Translations under genes and position numbers: made by a program
In this document: positions 9,590 through 20,906 of the stretch, one piece after another
How positions within the stretch are numbered: position 1 is the first letter of the stretch
Layout of the letters: each line of letters begins with the position of its first letter
DNA from: an uncultured Planctomycetaceae bacterium
Lineage (GTDB): Bacteria; Planctomycetota; Planctomycetia; Planctomycetales; Planctomycetaceae
Reading direction: 5' to 3'
Assembly (NCBI GenBank): GCA_963813715.1
Contig: CAWFAK010000003.1
Span: 1-64,000 of the forward strand
DNA: 64,000 nucleotides
The notes under the pieces: generated by a model
What the model was told of the DNA's origin: nothing
Seen by the model: only the letters and a program-made list of their open reading frames with translations
Database searches by the model: none

Positions 9590-12500
9590 ATGCCGGCAAC
9601 CGAATCGAATTTCCGCGACGTCAAGAAGGTGCACGTCGTCTTCGCCGTCACTTCGATCATCCTGCTGTTCACCACGTTGTGGATGATGGAGGCCGACCAG
9701 GCGCGGGAATGGACGGGGTACCAGCGCAAGTTCGAGGACCTGCAGACCCGCAAGCAACTGGCCGCGAAAAACGCGATCGAGACGAGTCCCCAGTACAAGA
9801 CATCCGAATCCGACCTGACGGCCAAGAAAGAGTCGGCCCAGAAGCAGCTCGAATCGATCCAGCCGGAGGTCGACAAGGCCAACAAGGAGTTTGCCGAAGC
9901 CGATCGCTTGTTCGACCAGATCAGCCGCCAGGTGCGCAATGTGCCGCGCCTATCGCGACAAGGCGCGGGCCGACTTCGACTTGGGCGTTCGCGACGGCGT
10001 TTCCGAAAACAAGCTGCACGACCTGCAAAAAGACTTCGATACCAAGCAAGCCGTCGTCGACAAAGCCGAAGTCGAGATGCAGGAGAAAAAGGCGGCCCGC
10101 GACGCGGCCCAGACCAAGGTCAAAACGATCACGAAGTCGCTCGACGACGCCAACGCCGGGCTGACCAAGCTCAACACGGAACTCGACCTTCGCGAGAAGG
10201 CGCTGGCCAAGCTCGATCCGACCGGCTTCTCCGCCTTCAAGAAGGAAATCATGGAGTGGCCGATCATCAACGGCTTCAACTCCCCGCTCAAGATCACGCA
10301 GGACTGGCTGCCGACTTTGACCATTCAATTGGGAATGGCCCGCACCGCGCGGTTTGACCGTTGCCGCACCTGCCACGCGGGCATCGATCGGGTCGAGGCG
10401 GGCAACGTCCCCTCGTTCCCGTTCGGCCATCCGAGCGGCACGGGCCTGGCCAACATGGTGCTGGAGGCCAAGTACCCCAATCCGTACTCCACGCACCCGA
10501 ATCCGGATCTGTACCTCTCCGCCACCAGCCCGCACCCGTTGCAGAAATATGGGTGCACGATCTGTCACGACGGGCAGGGCTCAGGCACGTCGTTCAAAGA
10601 CGCCTCCCACACCGCGAACAATCCGCACGAGTACGAGGATTGGCACACCAAGTACCACTACGACTCGAACCACTTCTGGGAGTTCCCCATGCAGCCGGAG
10701 CGGCTGCGCGAGTCGACTTGCATCAAGTGCCACCACTCCGTGGTCGAGCTGGGTGTTCATCCGACATTCGGAGCCAGCGCCCCGAAGTTGTACAAGGGCT
10801 ACAACCTGATCAAGGAGTACGGCTGCTTCGGCTGCCACGAGATCCAGGGCTTCGACGGCACGCGGCCGATCGGTCCCGACCTGCGGCTTGAGCCGTCCAC
10901 CGACGCCGAGGCGGCCAGGATCGCCGCCGATCCGACGCAGATTGCCGGCACGATGCGGAAGGTCGGCCCGTCGTTGCGGCATGTCGGCAAGAAGCTGACG
11001 CCCGAGTTCATCAGCTATTGGGTCGAAGAGCCGCGGCGTTTCCGCCCAACGACGCGGATGCCCCAATTCTTCCACACCACGAACCTCGACGATCCGATGG
11101 CCCAGCGGCTGCAACCGCTCGAGCTCGCCGGCATCGCCCACTACCTCACGGCCAACAGCGAGGACTACCGCCAGCTGAAGCCGGCTGAGGGCTACACGCC
11201 CGATCCGGCCCGCGGAAAGGATCTCTTCTCGAAGCGCGGCTGCCTCGCCTGCCACAGTCACGAAGCGTATCCCGATTCACACGCGACCTTCGGCCCCGAG
11301 CTGAGCAAAGTGCACGCGAAGATCCGTCCGGGCGAAGACGGTTTTGCCTGGGTCTACAGCTGGGTTCGCGATCCGCAGGCCTACCACGCGCGATCGCGGA
11401 TGCCCAATCTGTTCCTCGAGCCGTACCAGGAAGGGGGCCAGCAGATCGATCCGGCGGCTGACATCGCTGCTTTCCTATTGCAGAAGGGGCCTGAGAAGTT
11501 TCCGACGCCCTCGACGCCGCAGACCGAATTCGACGCGACGCTCAATGAGCTGGTGAAACTCAACCTGTCGAAGCAACTGAGCACGGCTGACACAGACCAA
11601 GTCTTGGCGACGCGCAAGTTTCCGCATCCCAAGTCGAAGATCAAGGGAGACGAGATCGAGCTGGCCACGGCGAACGGCGACCCCGCTGACGCCAAAGAAT
11701 GGCAGGCGATGCGGCTCAATTACGTCGGCCGCCGCACGATCTCCCGCTACGGCTGCTACGGCTGCCACGACATCCCGAACTTCGAGACGGCCCGTCCGAT
11801 CGGCACCACGCTGCAGGACTGGGGCCGCAAAGACACGAGCCGTCTGGCGCCGGAGCATATCGACGAATATCTGGAGGCGAAGGGCGAGCCCGACGGCACC
11901 TCCACGCGGGACGTCGTCGTCGAAGCGATGAAAGCGGCACGCGGCGGCGGCACGGCGACCGGCGAGTTCAAGGGGAACGAGCAACAAGAAGTCGCCATGC
12001 GGAAGGCTTATTTCTACAACGACCTGACCCATCACGGTCGGGCCGGCTTCCTCTGGCAGAAGCTCCGCGATCCCCGCAGCTACGACTATTTGAAGACCGA
12101 AACCAAGGGGTACGACGAGCGGCTGCGGATGCCCAAATTCCCCTTCAACGAGGAAGAGATCGAGGCGATTTCCACCTTCGTGCTGGGCCTCGTCGCCGAT
12201 CCGCCCGCCAAGGAATACATCTTCAATCCGGGGCCCCAGGAAAAAGCCCGCATCGACGGCGAACGGCTGCTCGACCGGTACAACTGCGTCGGCTGCCACA
12301 TGGTCGAGATGCCGGAAATTCATTACGCGGTCGAGCCGAGCGAAATCAAAGGCAGCACGCTGCAGGCGGGCGACTACCCGGCGGCCCGCGATTTGTTGCT
12401 CAAGCTCAAGCCGCCGCGCAAGGCGCTCACGGGCGAGACGATGAAAATGACGCTGGCGGGCGCGGAGAAGACCCTGCCCGTCATGCGATTCCACGGCTTG

Positions 12501-13504
12501 ATCATGAACCGGCCCGATCCGGGCGACGCGCCGGAGGACCAGGAATACGCCTACGACTTGTGGGAGACGCTCGACGCCGATGGCAAGACCGTCTTCCCGG
12601 CCACCCGTATGCTGGTGAAGAAGCCGCGGCTGACGCCGGGGGCCACCGTCCAGGACGGGTATGCCGTTCCGCCGCGGGGCGGCGACTTCGCCCAGTGGCT
12701 CGTGGAAAAGCTGTCGACAGTGCGAGATCTCAATCGCCAATTGGCGTGGCAGATGGCGCCGCCCCCCCTCTATAAGGAGGGGACCAAAGTGCAGACGCCG
12801 TGGCTCTACCAGTTCCTGCGGGAGCCCTATCGTCTGCGGCAGACCACCGTGCTGCGGATGCCGCGGTTCAACATGAGTTCGGAAGAAGCGCAGACGCTCG
12901 CTAACTACTTCGCCGCGGTGGATGGCGAGCCCTTCCCGTACCAGAAGATTCCGGAGCGCGATCCCGGCTATCTCGATTCGCAAACGGCCCAGTACGGAAA
13001 GTATCTGGCGCCGCACAAGGACGGCTATCTGGCCGAAGGCTGGCAAGTCTTCAACGGCGCAGCGTGCATCAACTGCCATTCACTGGCGGGCCGCGAAGTG
13101 AAAGTCGGCGACCCCAAGAAGGACATCCGCGGTCCCAACCTCGAGTACGCGTCCGACCGGCTCCGCCCCGATTGGCTGATGCTCTGGCTCTACAGCCCGC
13201 GCTGGATCACGCCGTACACGTCGATGCCGCAGGTCTTCCCCAAGAGCCAGCAGGCGGCCGGCGACCTGGCGAAATACTTCGGTGCCGACAACGGCATCCA
13301 GGTGATCGCCACGCGCGATGCGCTGGTCAACTATCACCGCTTGATGGAAGAAGGGGCGAACAAGAAAGCGGTCGCCGAGCGGCCGGCCGCGCCCCCGAAT
13401 CGGGCCGGACCAACGAACGCAGCGGCTCGGCGACACGCCGGCCGCGGACCCGCGAACGCCGACCCGCACCCACTGAGTCGTCATCCACCGGAGGTTCTCA
13501 ATAG
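9590..13504 (+). CDS. membrane-anchored octaheme cytochrome c (about 1300 aa; frameshifts near 9944 and 13400-13460)
   Basis: N-terminal TM helix and coiled coil; eight CxxCH (CRTCH, CTICH, CIKCH, CFGCH, CLACH, CYGCH, CVGCH, CINCH); repeated GP.L...RMP.F class-I modules; end at 13504 is inferred. Confidence 0.85.
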
Positions 13505-13508
13505 TCCT

Positions 13509-14417
13509 ATGTCAATTTGCAAAAACGGGCTCTGTTTGTCGGCGCTGGCCGTCATCGGGTCGTTTGGCCTGACGGCTGCAATCCTGTCGGGTTGCGGTGG
13601 TGCGCAAGGCGTGACGACCGGAGCGTCCTCCCCCTCGTCAATCACGATTAAGCATGGCAAAGAAAAGACGGAAGGCGGCGCTGTCGCGACTACTAAGGGC
13701 GAAGGCGGCAGCACCGCGGCTCCGGCGGCCGAAGGCGGCTTCGGTAATCTGAAGGGCCGCGTGGTCTTCCAAGGCACCGCGCCCCCGCTCGAGCCCCTGA
13801 CGGAACAGGCTAGGGCGAAAGACGCGATCTGTGTGAAAGAACACGGCGTCCCCAACGACAAGCTGATCATCGGCAACGGCAACGGCGTTGCCAACGCCTT
13901 CATCTTTCTACCCAAGGCTCCGGCCGGCGTCGCGGTGCCTCCTGTGCCCAGTGACGTGGTGACGTTCGACCAGAAGGGCTGCCGGTTCTTTCCGCACGCT
14001 CTCTTGATCCGCGCCGATCAGACGCTGAAGATCCTCAACAGCGACGATCTAACGCACAACACGCACATCTTCGCCACGCGAACCGAAGCGTTTAACCAGG
14101 CCATTCCGCCGCACAACGCGACGGGGCTCGACTACAAGTACCAGAAGTCGGAGCCGAAGCCGGTCGAGGTGAAGTGCGATATTCACACCTGGATGCGGGC
14201 CTACCAGTTGCCGGTGGACCACCCGTGGGCCGCCGTGACGGGCCCGAACGGTGAGTTCGAAATCAAGAACGTGCCGGCCGGCTCGCAGAAGTTTCAGGTT
14301 TGGCACGAGGCGGCCGGCGGCGGCGGGTATCTCGATCGCAATCTGGTGATCGCCATTAAGCCCGGCGAAACGACGACCAAAGACATTCCCTTCGATGCCA
14401 GCAAGCTCGAGCTCTAA
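13509..14417 (+). CDS. lipoprotein with cupredoxin-like and carboxypeptidase-regulatory-like domains
   Basis: GGAGG upstream of ATG 13509; lipobox LSGC; 'DQKGCRFFPH...THNTH...KCDIHTWM'. Confidence 0.75.
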   Translation: MSICKNGLCLSALAVIGSFGLTAAILSGCGGAQGVTTGASSPSSITIKHGKEKTEGGAVATTKGEGGSTAAPAAEGGFGNLKGRVVFQGTAPPLEPLTEQARAKDAICVKEHGVPNDKLIIGNGNGVANAFIFLPKAPAGVAVPPVPSDVVTFDQKGCRFFPHALLIRADQTLKILNSDDLTHNTHIFATRTEAFNQAIPPHNATGLDYKYQKSEPKPVEVKCDIHTWMRAYQLPVDHPWAAVTGPNGEFEIKNVPAGSQKFQVWHEAAGGGGYLDRNLVIAIKPGETTTKDIPFDASKLEL

Positions 14418-14422
14418 GCTTC

Positions 14423-15946
14423 ATGAGGTTAGCCGTGCGTAGCCTGTTTGCGTCAAGGTTCGTGGCCGTGCCCGGTACGGGAGTCGGCCTCCTGGCGGCG
14501 CTCGTTGCGACGTTGACGATCGCCGGCTGCAGCCAGTCGCCTGAACCCAAGTTCGTCTTCGGCGAGTCGACCGGCAAGCTCTATCGGCCGGCGCAGAAGG
14601 CCGTCGAGACGGAGTTGGTGAAGGATTTTGGCGAGCCGAACCATATTGTCGTGTGGGAGAAGCTGCCGGTGGACTTCGGTGCGTTCGACGGAGTTGTGGA
14701 ACAATCGGCCGCGAACTTCAGCGACCCGGTCAAAGTGAAGCTGACGCGCAAGGCCAACTCCAAAGTGCCGATGTCCGCCGACGACCTGCGAGGCGCGGGG
14801 ATAATTTGGACGTCGGGCGCGAACGCGGACGCGACGGCCTGGGATCCCAAGGGGCGCGAGGTTCCGCTCGACTACGAAATCTCGCACTACGATCCCAAGG
14901 CTTCGACTCTGGCCGTGAGCGTCGCGCCTGCCATCGCCGGCGAGAAAGGGAAGCTCGATCCGCCCAAAGCCGGCGATAAGTTCACCGTGCTGGGGCCGAT
15001 GCTGCAGCAGGGTCACAAGCTTTACATGACGCACTGCGAGCACTGCCACGGCGTCAGCGGCGACGGGAAAGGCCCGACGGCCAGCTATTTCGACATCAAG
15101 CCGCGCGACTATCGCCTCGGCCGCTTCAAATTCACCTCGACCAAGAGCACCGACCGGGCGACGCGGGACGACCTGGTCCGCACCGTTCGGCAAGGAATCC
15201 CCGGCACCTACATGCCTTCGTTCCTGCTGTTTACTGACGAAGAGATCGGGCCGATCGTCGAGTATGTTCGCTGGCTGGCGATGCGGGGCGAATTCGAGGA
15301 GCGTTCCGGCGCGGAGTTTCTCAGCGGCCAGTTCGGCTCCGAGGACGTCTCCCAGCGGGTGAAGGGGGGCGAGACGCGCGAATCGATCGAGACGGCCCTC
15401 GACAACTACATCAAGTCCGAATACCCCGGCGTGGCCGACGATCTGGCCGGCCGCATCAACACGTCGTGGACGGCCTCCGAGCAACCGGACGCGCTGGTGA
15501 CGCCGAAGATTGCCCGCACGCCCGACACGCCTGAGTCGCGGGAGCGCGGCCGCAAACTGTTTCACTCCGACACGGCAAAGTGTGCGCAGTGTCACGGGCC
15601 GGCGGGCAAGGGGGACGGGCCGCAGACCGAGGATTACCAGGTCATTCTGGGCACGAACAAGAAGCGATCGGTCCCCGGGCTGTTCGACGACTGGGGCAAC
15701 CCGATCAAGCCACGCGACCTGACGTCGGGCATCTATCGCGGCGGCCGTCGCCCGCTCGACCTCTATCGCCGCATCTATTCGGGCATCAAGGGGACGCCCA
15801 TGCCCCCCTTCGGCACCGCCCTCAAGGAAGAAGAGATTTGGGACATCGTCAATTACGCGATGAGCCTCCCGTACGGATCGGGGTCGGAAAACTCGGAGCT
15901 GCGCCAGTCGAAGATTGCCTCGGCCTCGCCGGTTGGTGGAGGGTGA
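14423..15946 (+). CDS. diheme cytochrome c lipoprotein
   Basis: lipobox IAGC; CEHCH...GIPGTYMP and CAQCH...GIKGTPMP. Confidence 0.9.
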   Translation: MRLAVRSLFASRFVAVPGTGVGLLAALVATLTIAGCSQSPEPKFVFGESTGKLYRPAQKAVETELVKDFGEPNHIVVWEKLPVDFGAFDGVVEQSAANFSDPVKVKLTRKANSKVPMSADDLRGAGIIWTSGANADATAWDPKGREVPLDYEISHYDPKASTLAVSVAPAIAGEKGKLDPPKAGDKFTVLGPMLQQGHKLYMTHCEHCHGVSGDGKGPTASYFDIKPRDYRLGRFKFTSTKSTDRATRDDLVRTVRQGIPGTYMPSFLLFTDEEIGPIVEYVRWLAMRGEFEERSGAEFLSGQFGSEDVSQRVKGGETRESIETALDNYIKSEYPGVADDLAGRINTSWTASEQPDALVTPKIARTPDTPESRERGRKLFHSDTAKCAQCHGPAGKGDGPQTEDYQVILGTNKKRSVPGLFDDWGNPIKPRDLTSGIYRGGRRPLDLYRRIYSGIKGTPMPPFGTALKEEEIWDIVNYAMSLPYGSGSENSELRQSKIASASPVGGG

Positions 15947-15950
15947 AACG

Positions 15951-16829
15951 GTGAAGAGACTCTGGGCGTTCTTTTTTATTCTCTGGCCGATCGTCGCGAT
16001 CACCGCCGGCGTGATCTCGCCGAGCATGCACTGGTGGTTTCCCGGCGCAGCCCAGTCGCCGATCGGGCAGCGGATCGACGACCTGTTCTACATGATTCTG
16101 ATCATCGTCACGGTGGTCTTTATCGGCACCCAAGTGGCGATGGGCTACGTGCTGTTGCAGGGCGCCCGCGATACCGACGCGCCGGGCCGGGCGATGTTCA
16201 CCCACGGCAGCCACGCGCTCGAGGTGATTTGGACGGTGGTGCCGGCGGGCGTGCTCTTGTTCATCGCGTTTTATCAGCTCGATACCTGGGCCGCTTACCG
16301 CGTCAAAGAGAACTATCCGATGTCGTCGCGGCTGTCGCCGGTCGCCGAAATCACCGCGCGGCAGTTCGAGTGGCGGATCCGCTACCCCAATCCAAAGCGA
16401 AAATTTGAAAGCCTGCCGGAAGTCGACGCGTGGCTTCGACAGCCGGCGCCGGACGACTTGTACGCGGTGAACGAGCTGCACGTGCCGACGGGACGTGCCG
16501 TCGTCGTGCATTTGCGGACGGCTGACGTGCAGCATGCGTTTTTCGTTCCTATCCTGCGCATCAAGCAGGACGCGGTGCCCGGCCTTGTGATCCCCATCAT
16601 TTTCGAGGTGCTCAAGCCCGATGCCTATGAATGGGTCTGTGCCGAGCTGTGTGGCTGGGGACACTACAAGATGAAGGCCCGCGTCAAAGCGGAGCCGAAG
16701 GACGATTTCGAGAGCTATCTCAAAGGGCTCGAGCGCGAACAGTTCGACGACGGCGTCTCCGGCCACGGCACCAAGAAGGCCGCCGCCGGCGAATCGAAGT
16801 CCGAAGCTGCGGCGGAAGCGCCGAAGTAG
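15951..16829 (+). CDS. coxB: cytochrome c oxidase subunit II
   Basis: LEVIWT, QFEW, DVQHAF and CuA motif CAELCGWGHYKM; GTG start. Confidence 0.95.
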   Translation: MKRLWAFFFILWPIVAITAGVISPSMHWWFPGAAQSPIGQRIDDLFYMILIIVTVVFIGTQVAMGYVLLQGARDTDAPGRAMFTHGSHALEVIWTVVPAGVLLFIAFYQLDTWAAYRVKENYPMSSRLSPVAEITARQFEWRIRYPNPKRKFESLPEVDAWLRQPAPDDLYAVNELHVPTGRAVVVHLRTADVQHAFFVPILRIKQDAVPGLVIPIIFEVLKPDAYEWVCAELCGWGHYKMKARVKAEPKDDFESYLKGLEREQFDDGVSGHGTKKAAAGESKSEAAAEAPK

Positions 16830-16899
16830 GAACGTCTGAGCCGGCAGACCGGGTCTTCCGCCACGGAGGGCCGGGCGAGCCGCAGAACGAGGTGGATTG

Positions 16900-18759
16900 G
16901 TGAGCACATTAAATCCGGCCCTGGGGTCGACGGGTGGCGGTCATGCGGTCGAGCACGCACACGGGCATGCCGTCCATCACGAGCTGAGCTTCTTTCGCAA
17001 GTACATCTTTTCGACCGATCACAAAGTCATCGGCATCCAGTTCCTCATCACCACGATGCTAATGCTGATGGTGGGAGGGGCGCTTGCGCTGGGCGTTCGC
17101 TGGCAGTTGGCCTTTCCCTGGTCGGACATGCCGTTCTTCGGTCGGCTCGCCTTCCCCGAGCAGGGAGGGCAGATCTCGCCCGAGTTCTACACCATGCTCT
17201 TCACCATGCACGCTTCGGTGATGATCTTCCTGGTGATCATCCCGGTGCTGGCCGGGGCGTTTGGCAACTACTGCATTCCGCTGATGATCGGCGCGGACGA
17301 CATGGCGTTTCCGCTCCTCAACGCGCTCTCCTACTGGTTCATGTGGCCGGCGATCGGCTTCTTCATGGCCAGCTTCTTCGTTGGGGCAGGCGGACCGGCG
17401 TCTGGTTGGACAGTTTATCCCACGCTGTCGGCCATCAAATGGGCGGCCCCCGGCTCAGGGACGGCGCAGACCTTCTGGCTCTTGGCCCTGACCTGCGTCG
17501 GGTTCTCCTCAATGATGGGCTCCGTCAACTACTTGACGACCATCATCAACATGCGGGCCCCTGGAATGACTCTCTTCCGCATGCCGCTCACCATTTGGGC
17601 CATGTTCATTACCGCCATCCTGCAAGCCTTCGCGCTCCCCGTGCTGACGGCGGCTGGCTTCATGCAGCTGGCCGACCGCGAATTCGGCACCTGCTTCTTC
17701 ATCCCGTCGGGTCTGATCGTCAACAACCACGCTCCCACCATCGGCGGCGGGCAGCCGCTGCTGTGGCAGCACCTGTTCTGGTTCTATTCGCATCCGGCCG
17801 TGTACATCATGCTCTTGCCGGCGATGGGTATGGTCTCGGACATGCTGGCCACGATGTGCCGCAAGCCGGTCTTCGGCTACAAGCCGATGGTCTTTTCGAT
17901 CGCCGCGATCGCCGGGTTGGGATTCATCGTGTGGGGCCACCACATGTTCACGAGCGGCATGAACCCGGCCCTCGGCATGACGTTCATGGTTTCGACGATG
18001 ATGATCGCCTTGCCTTCGGCGGTCAAAACCTTCAACTGGCTGGGCACGATGTGGGGCGGCCGGCCCCGCTTCAACACCGTCTTCCTCAACTGCTGCGGCT
18101 TCTTGTCGATGTTCGTGGTCGGCGGCTTGAGCGGCATCTTCATGGCGGCCGTCCCCGTCGACATTTACTTCCACGACACGTATTTCATCGTGGCCCACTT
18201 CCACTACATCCTCTTCGGCTCGACGCTGTTTGCCGTCTTCGGCGGGATCACCTACTGGTTTCCCAAGATGTTCGGCCGGATGATGAACGAGTCGGTGGGC
18301 AAGCTGCACTTCTTTCTGACGTTCATCGGCTTCAATGGCACCTTTTTCCCGATGCACATGCTGGGAATCGCCGGCATGCCCCGGCGCTATGCCGATCCCT
18401 ACATCCATCCGTACCTCGAGCACTTGCTGCCGATGAACCAGTTCATGACGTGCTGTGCCATCCTGATGGGTTTCGCGCAGTTCCTGCTCTTGGGTAACTT
18501 TGCGTACAGCATCTTCTTCGGCCCCAAGTGCGGCCGGAATCCATGGGAGGCCAACACGCTCGAATGGTCCGCTCCGACGCCGCCTCCGCACGGCAACTTC
18601 GACGTGCCACCCGTCGTTTATCGCGGGCCTTACGAATATTCGTCGCCGTCCCATCCGGAAAGTGATTTTTGGCCGCAGACCGAACCGCCGAAGAAGGGGC
18701 CGCAGCAAGACGATGCTCCGGATATTTCCCACGGACCCGACGGGACTGGACCTCACTAG
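16900..18759 (+). CDS. coxA: cytochrome c oxidase subunit I, A2 type
   Basis: DHKVIG, TMHA, DMAFP, WFYSHPAVY, WGHH and VAHFHY. Confidence 0.97.
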   Translation: MSTLNPALGSTGGGHAVEHAHGHAVHHELSFFRKYIFSTDHKVIGIQFLITTMLMLMVGGALALGVRWQLAFPWSDMPFFGRLAFPEQGGQISPEFYTMLFTMHASVMIFLVIIPVLAGAFGNYCIPLMIGADDMAFPLLNALSYWFMWPAIGFFMASFFVGAGGPASGWTVYPTLSAIKWAAPGSGTAQTFWLLALTCVGFSSMMGSVNYLTTIINMRAPGMTLFRMPLTIWAMFITAILQAFALPVLTAAGFMQLADREFGTCFFIPSGLIVNNHAPTIGGGQPLLWQHLFWFYSHPAVYIMLLPAMGMVSDMLATMCRKPVFGYKPMVFSIAAIAGLGFIVWGHHMFTSGMNPALGMTFMVSTMMIALPSAVKTFNWLGTMWGGRPRFNTVFLNCCGFLSMFVVGGLSGIFMAAVPVDIYFHDTYFIVAHFHYILFGSTLFAVFGGITYWFPKMFGRMMNESVGKLHFFLTFIGFNGTFFPMHMLGIAGMPRRYADPYIHPYLEHLLPMNQFMTCCAILMGFAQFLLLGNFAYSIFFGPKCGRNPWEANTLEWSAPTPPPHGNFDVPPVVYRGPYEYSSPSHPESDFWPQTEPPKKGPQQDDAPDISHGPDGTGPH

Positions 18760-18823
18760 TTGTCCGTAACCGCACTCATCAGATTCTGGACCGACCAAAC
18801 CTGATTCGATTCGACTTTTTCCG

Positions 18824-19819
18824 ATGCGATCCGCACGCTTCCGACCGCTCTTGTTTGGCCTGGCCGTCGTCACGGCGGCGACGGCCTTGCTGCCGATCGT
18901 GGTCGGAGCGCTCGTGACGTCGCACAAAGCGGGGATGGCCTTTCCCGACTGGCCGACGTCGGACGGGCAGGGGATGTTCGCCTACCCGTGGCTCAAGTCG
19001 GCCGGCGACAAGTTCATCGAGCACGGCCATCGCCTGGCCGGAATCTTGATTGGCTGCGTGAGCATCGTGTTCGCCGCGGCCTGTTTCGCGCTCGAGCCGC
19101 GGCGCTGGGTGCGCTGGTGCGGGGGCGGCGTGTTGCTGGCCGTGATCACGCAGGGACTGCTCGGCGGCGGACGCGTGCTGGCCGACGCGCGGCGCTGGCC
19201 ATGGTGCACGGAGCGACCGCGGCCCTGGTCTTCACGTTCATGTCGTCGGTGGCGCTCGTGCTGGGCCGGAACTGGAATCAACCGCCGGTCCTCCCGGCAG
19301 GCAGGCGTTTGGGAGCCCTCAAGATCCTCGTCGTGCTCACGCCGCTCGTGCTGATGCTGCAGTACGGATTGGGCGGCCTCGTGCGGCACTTGGGAACGGC
19401 GCTTTACGCAGCACATCGGCACGGCGTTTCTGGCACTGGGCTGTATTCTCGCCACGTTGATCGTCGCGCACCGCACACGGATCGGCTGGCTGCGACGCCC
19501 GGCGTGGCTCTTGGCCGCCTCGGCGCTCGCGCAGGTGCTCTTGGGTGCGGCCGGCTGGGTCGCGAAATTTGGATTTGCCCCCTGGGGCTACGTGGCAGTT
19601 GAACGGTCGCCGCTACAAGTCACTCTGCTGACGTCCCACACCGTCGTCGGCATGCTGCTGGTGATGCTCTCGATCAACTTGTTCCTGCGAGTCGCGCGAA
19701 TCGAATGGTGCCGCCGCGCCGCCGGTCGGCCGGTCGAGCGTGCGGCCACGTCTGTCGCGGCGTCCGTGCTCGTGTCTAACGTGTTGGCGCCGCCGGTTTT
19801 GGAAGGGAGCCTGCGATGA
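18824..19819 (+). CDS. ctaA: COX15/CtaA heme A synthase (frameshifts near 19192 and 19410)
   Basis: AGMAFPDWP, EHGHR, QGLLGG, VHGA and SHTVVG spread over three frames. Confidence 0.8.
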
Positions 19820-20819
19820 CAGTTCAGTCGGCTCCGACCTATTCGACCTCGGCATCGACTTGCGTCGCGGCGCCTGCCAGTTGCGTGGCAGTTGAGAGGG
19901 CTCCCGCGAACGAGCTCGCATTGGGCCGATTGGCGATTGGTCTGCGGCTGTCCGATTATCTCGAATTGGCCAAGCCCCGCATCGCGGCGATGGCGCTCTT
20001 GACGGTGTTGGTCGGCTACACGCTGGGCGGCGGGCGCCTGGAATCCGGCGCGCTTTGCCGGATGCTGCTCGGCATTGGGCTCGTGGCGGTGGCCAGTGGC
20101 GCGTTCAATCAGCTGATCGAGCGGCGGACTGATGCGCCTGATGGCCCGCACGGCCAATCGTCCGCTGCCGACCGGTCGTCTGCAGCCGGCGGAGGTCGCG
20201 CTCTTCGGCGTAGCCTGTGCTTCGATCGGCGTGAGCCTGCTGTACCTCACCGTGAACCCGACGACGGCATTGCTCGCGGCCCTGACGCTGGTGCTTTACG
20301 TCGGTGCCTATACGCCGCTCAAACGCTATACGGCCCTCAGCACGGCCGTCGGTGCGATTCCAGGAGCGTTGCCCCCGATTCTCGGTTGGACGGCCTCCGG
20401 CGCGGAGCTGGGCTGGGCCGCCTTTTCGCTCTTTGCCCTATTATTCGTCTGGCAGTTTCCGCATTTCCTGGCGATCGCCTGGCTCTACCGCCGCGATTAT
20501 GCCGCGGCCGGGCTGCGAATGTTGCCGGGCGACGCGGCGACATCCGACGATCGATCGCCGTTCGGCGGCGGGCTTTTTGGCCTGCGGATACGCGGCCGTG
20601 CTGGTTCCCGTCAGCCTGTTGCCGGGACAGTTGGCGCTCGCCGGCGGACCTTACCGCGTGGCCGCGCTGTTGTTGAGCTTGGGCTATCTGGCCGCGGCTG
20701 TGCGATTCGCCTGGCACGAATCGCGGGAGACGGCCCGGGGATTGTTGTATTCATCGCTCGTTTACCTGCCGGCCTTGCTGGCCGTTTTGACCTGGGATCA
20801 TCTGCGGTTGCTGAATTGA
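19816..20819 (+). CDS. ctaB: heme O synthase / protoheme IX farnesyltransferase (frameshifts near 20135 and 20570)
   Basis: ELAKPRI, NQLIERRTD, MARTANRPLP, YTPLKR, GAIPGALPP and WQFPHFLAIAW. Confidence 0.9.
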
Positions 20820-20827
20820 TCTGAACC

Positions 20828-20894
20828 GTAGTGATCCGATCCGGTAGTGATCCGAATTCTGAATTGAGCTGACTCGAACTGAGCTGACTCGAAC
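20828..20894 (+). repeat. two short intergenic duplications
   Basis: gtagtgatccga at 20828 and 20844; tgagctgactcgaac at 20865 and 20880. Confidence 0.75.
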
Positions 20895-20906
20895 CGAACT
20901 GAGAAA

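Noticed and set aside
9891..14417. 1508-aa octaheme-cupredoxin fusion ORF
   Set aside because: An internal RBS, ATG and lipobox at 13509 and a stop at 13502-13504 in another frame indicate a frameshift artefact
20821..20906. Possible mini-CRISPR (also 5709-5770)
   Set aside because: Repeats are too short, spacers are absent or irregular, and no cas genes are present
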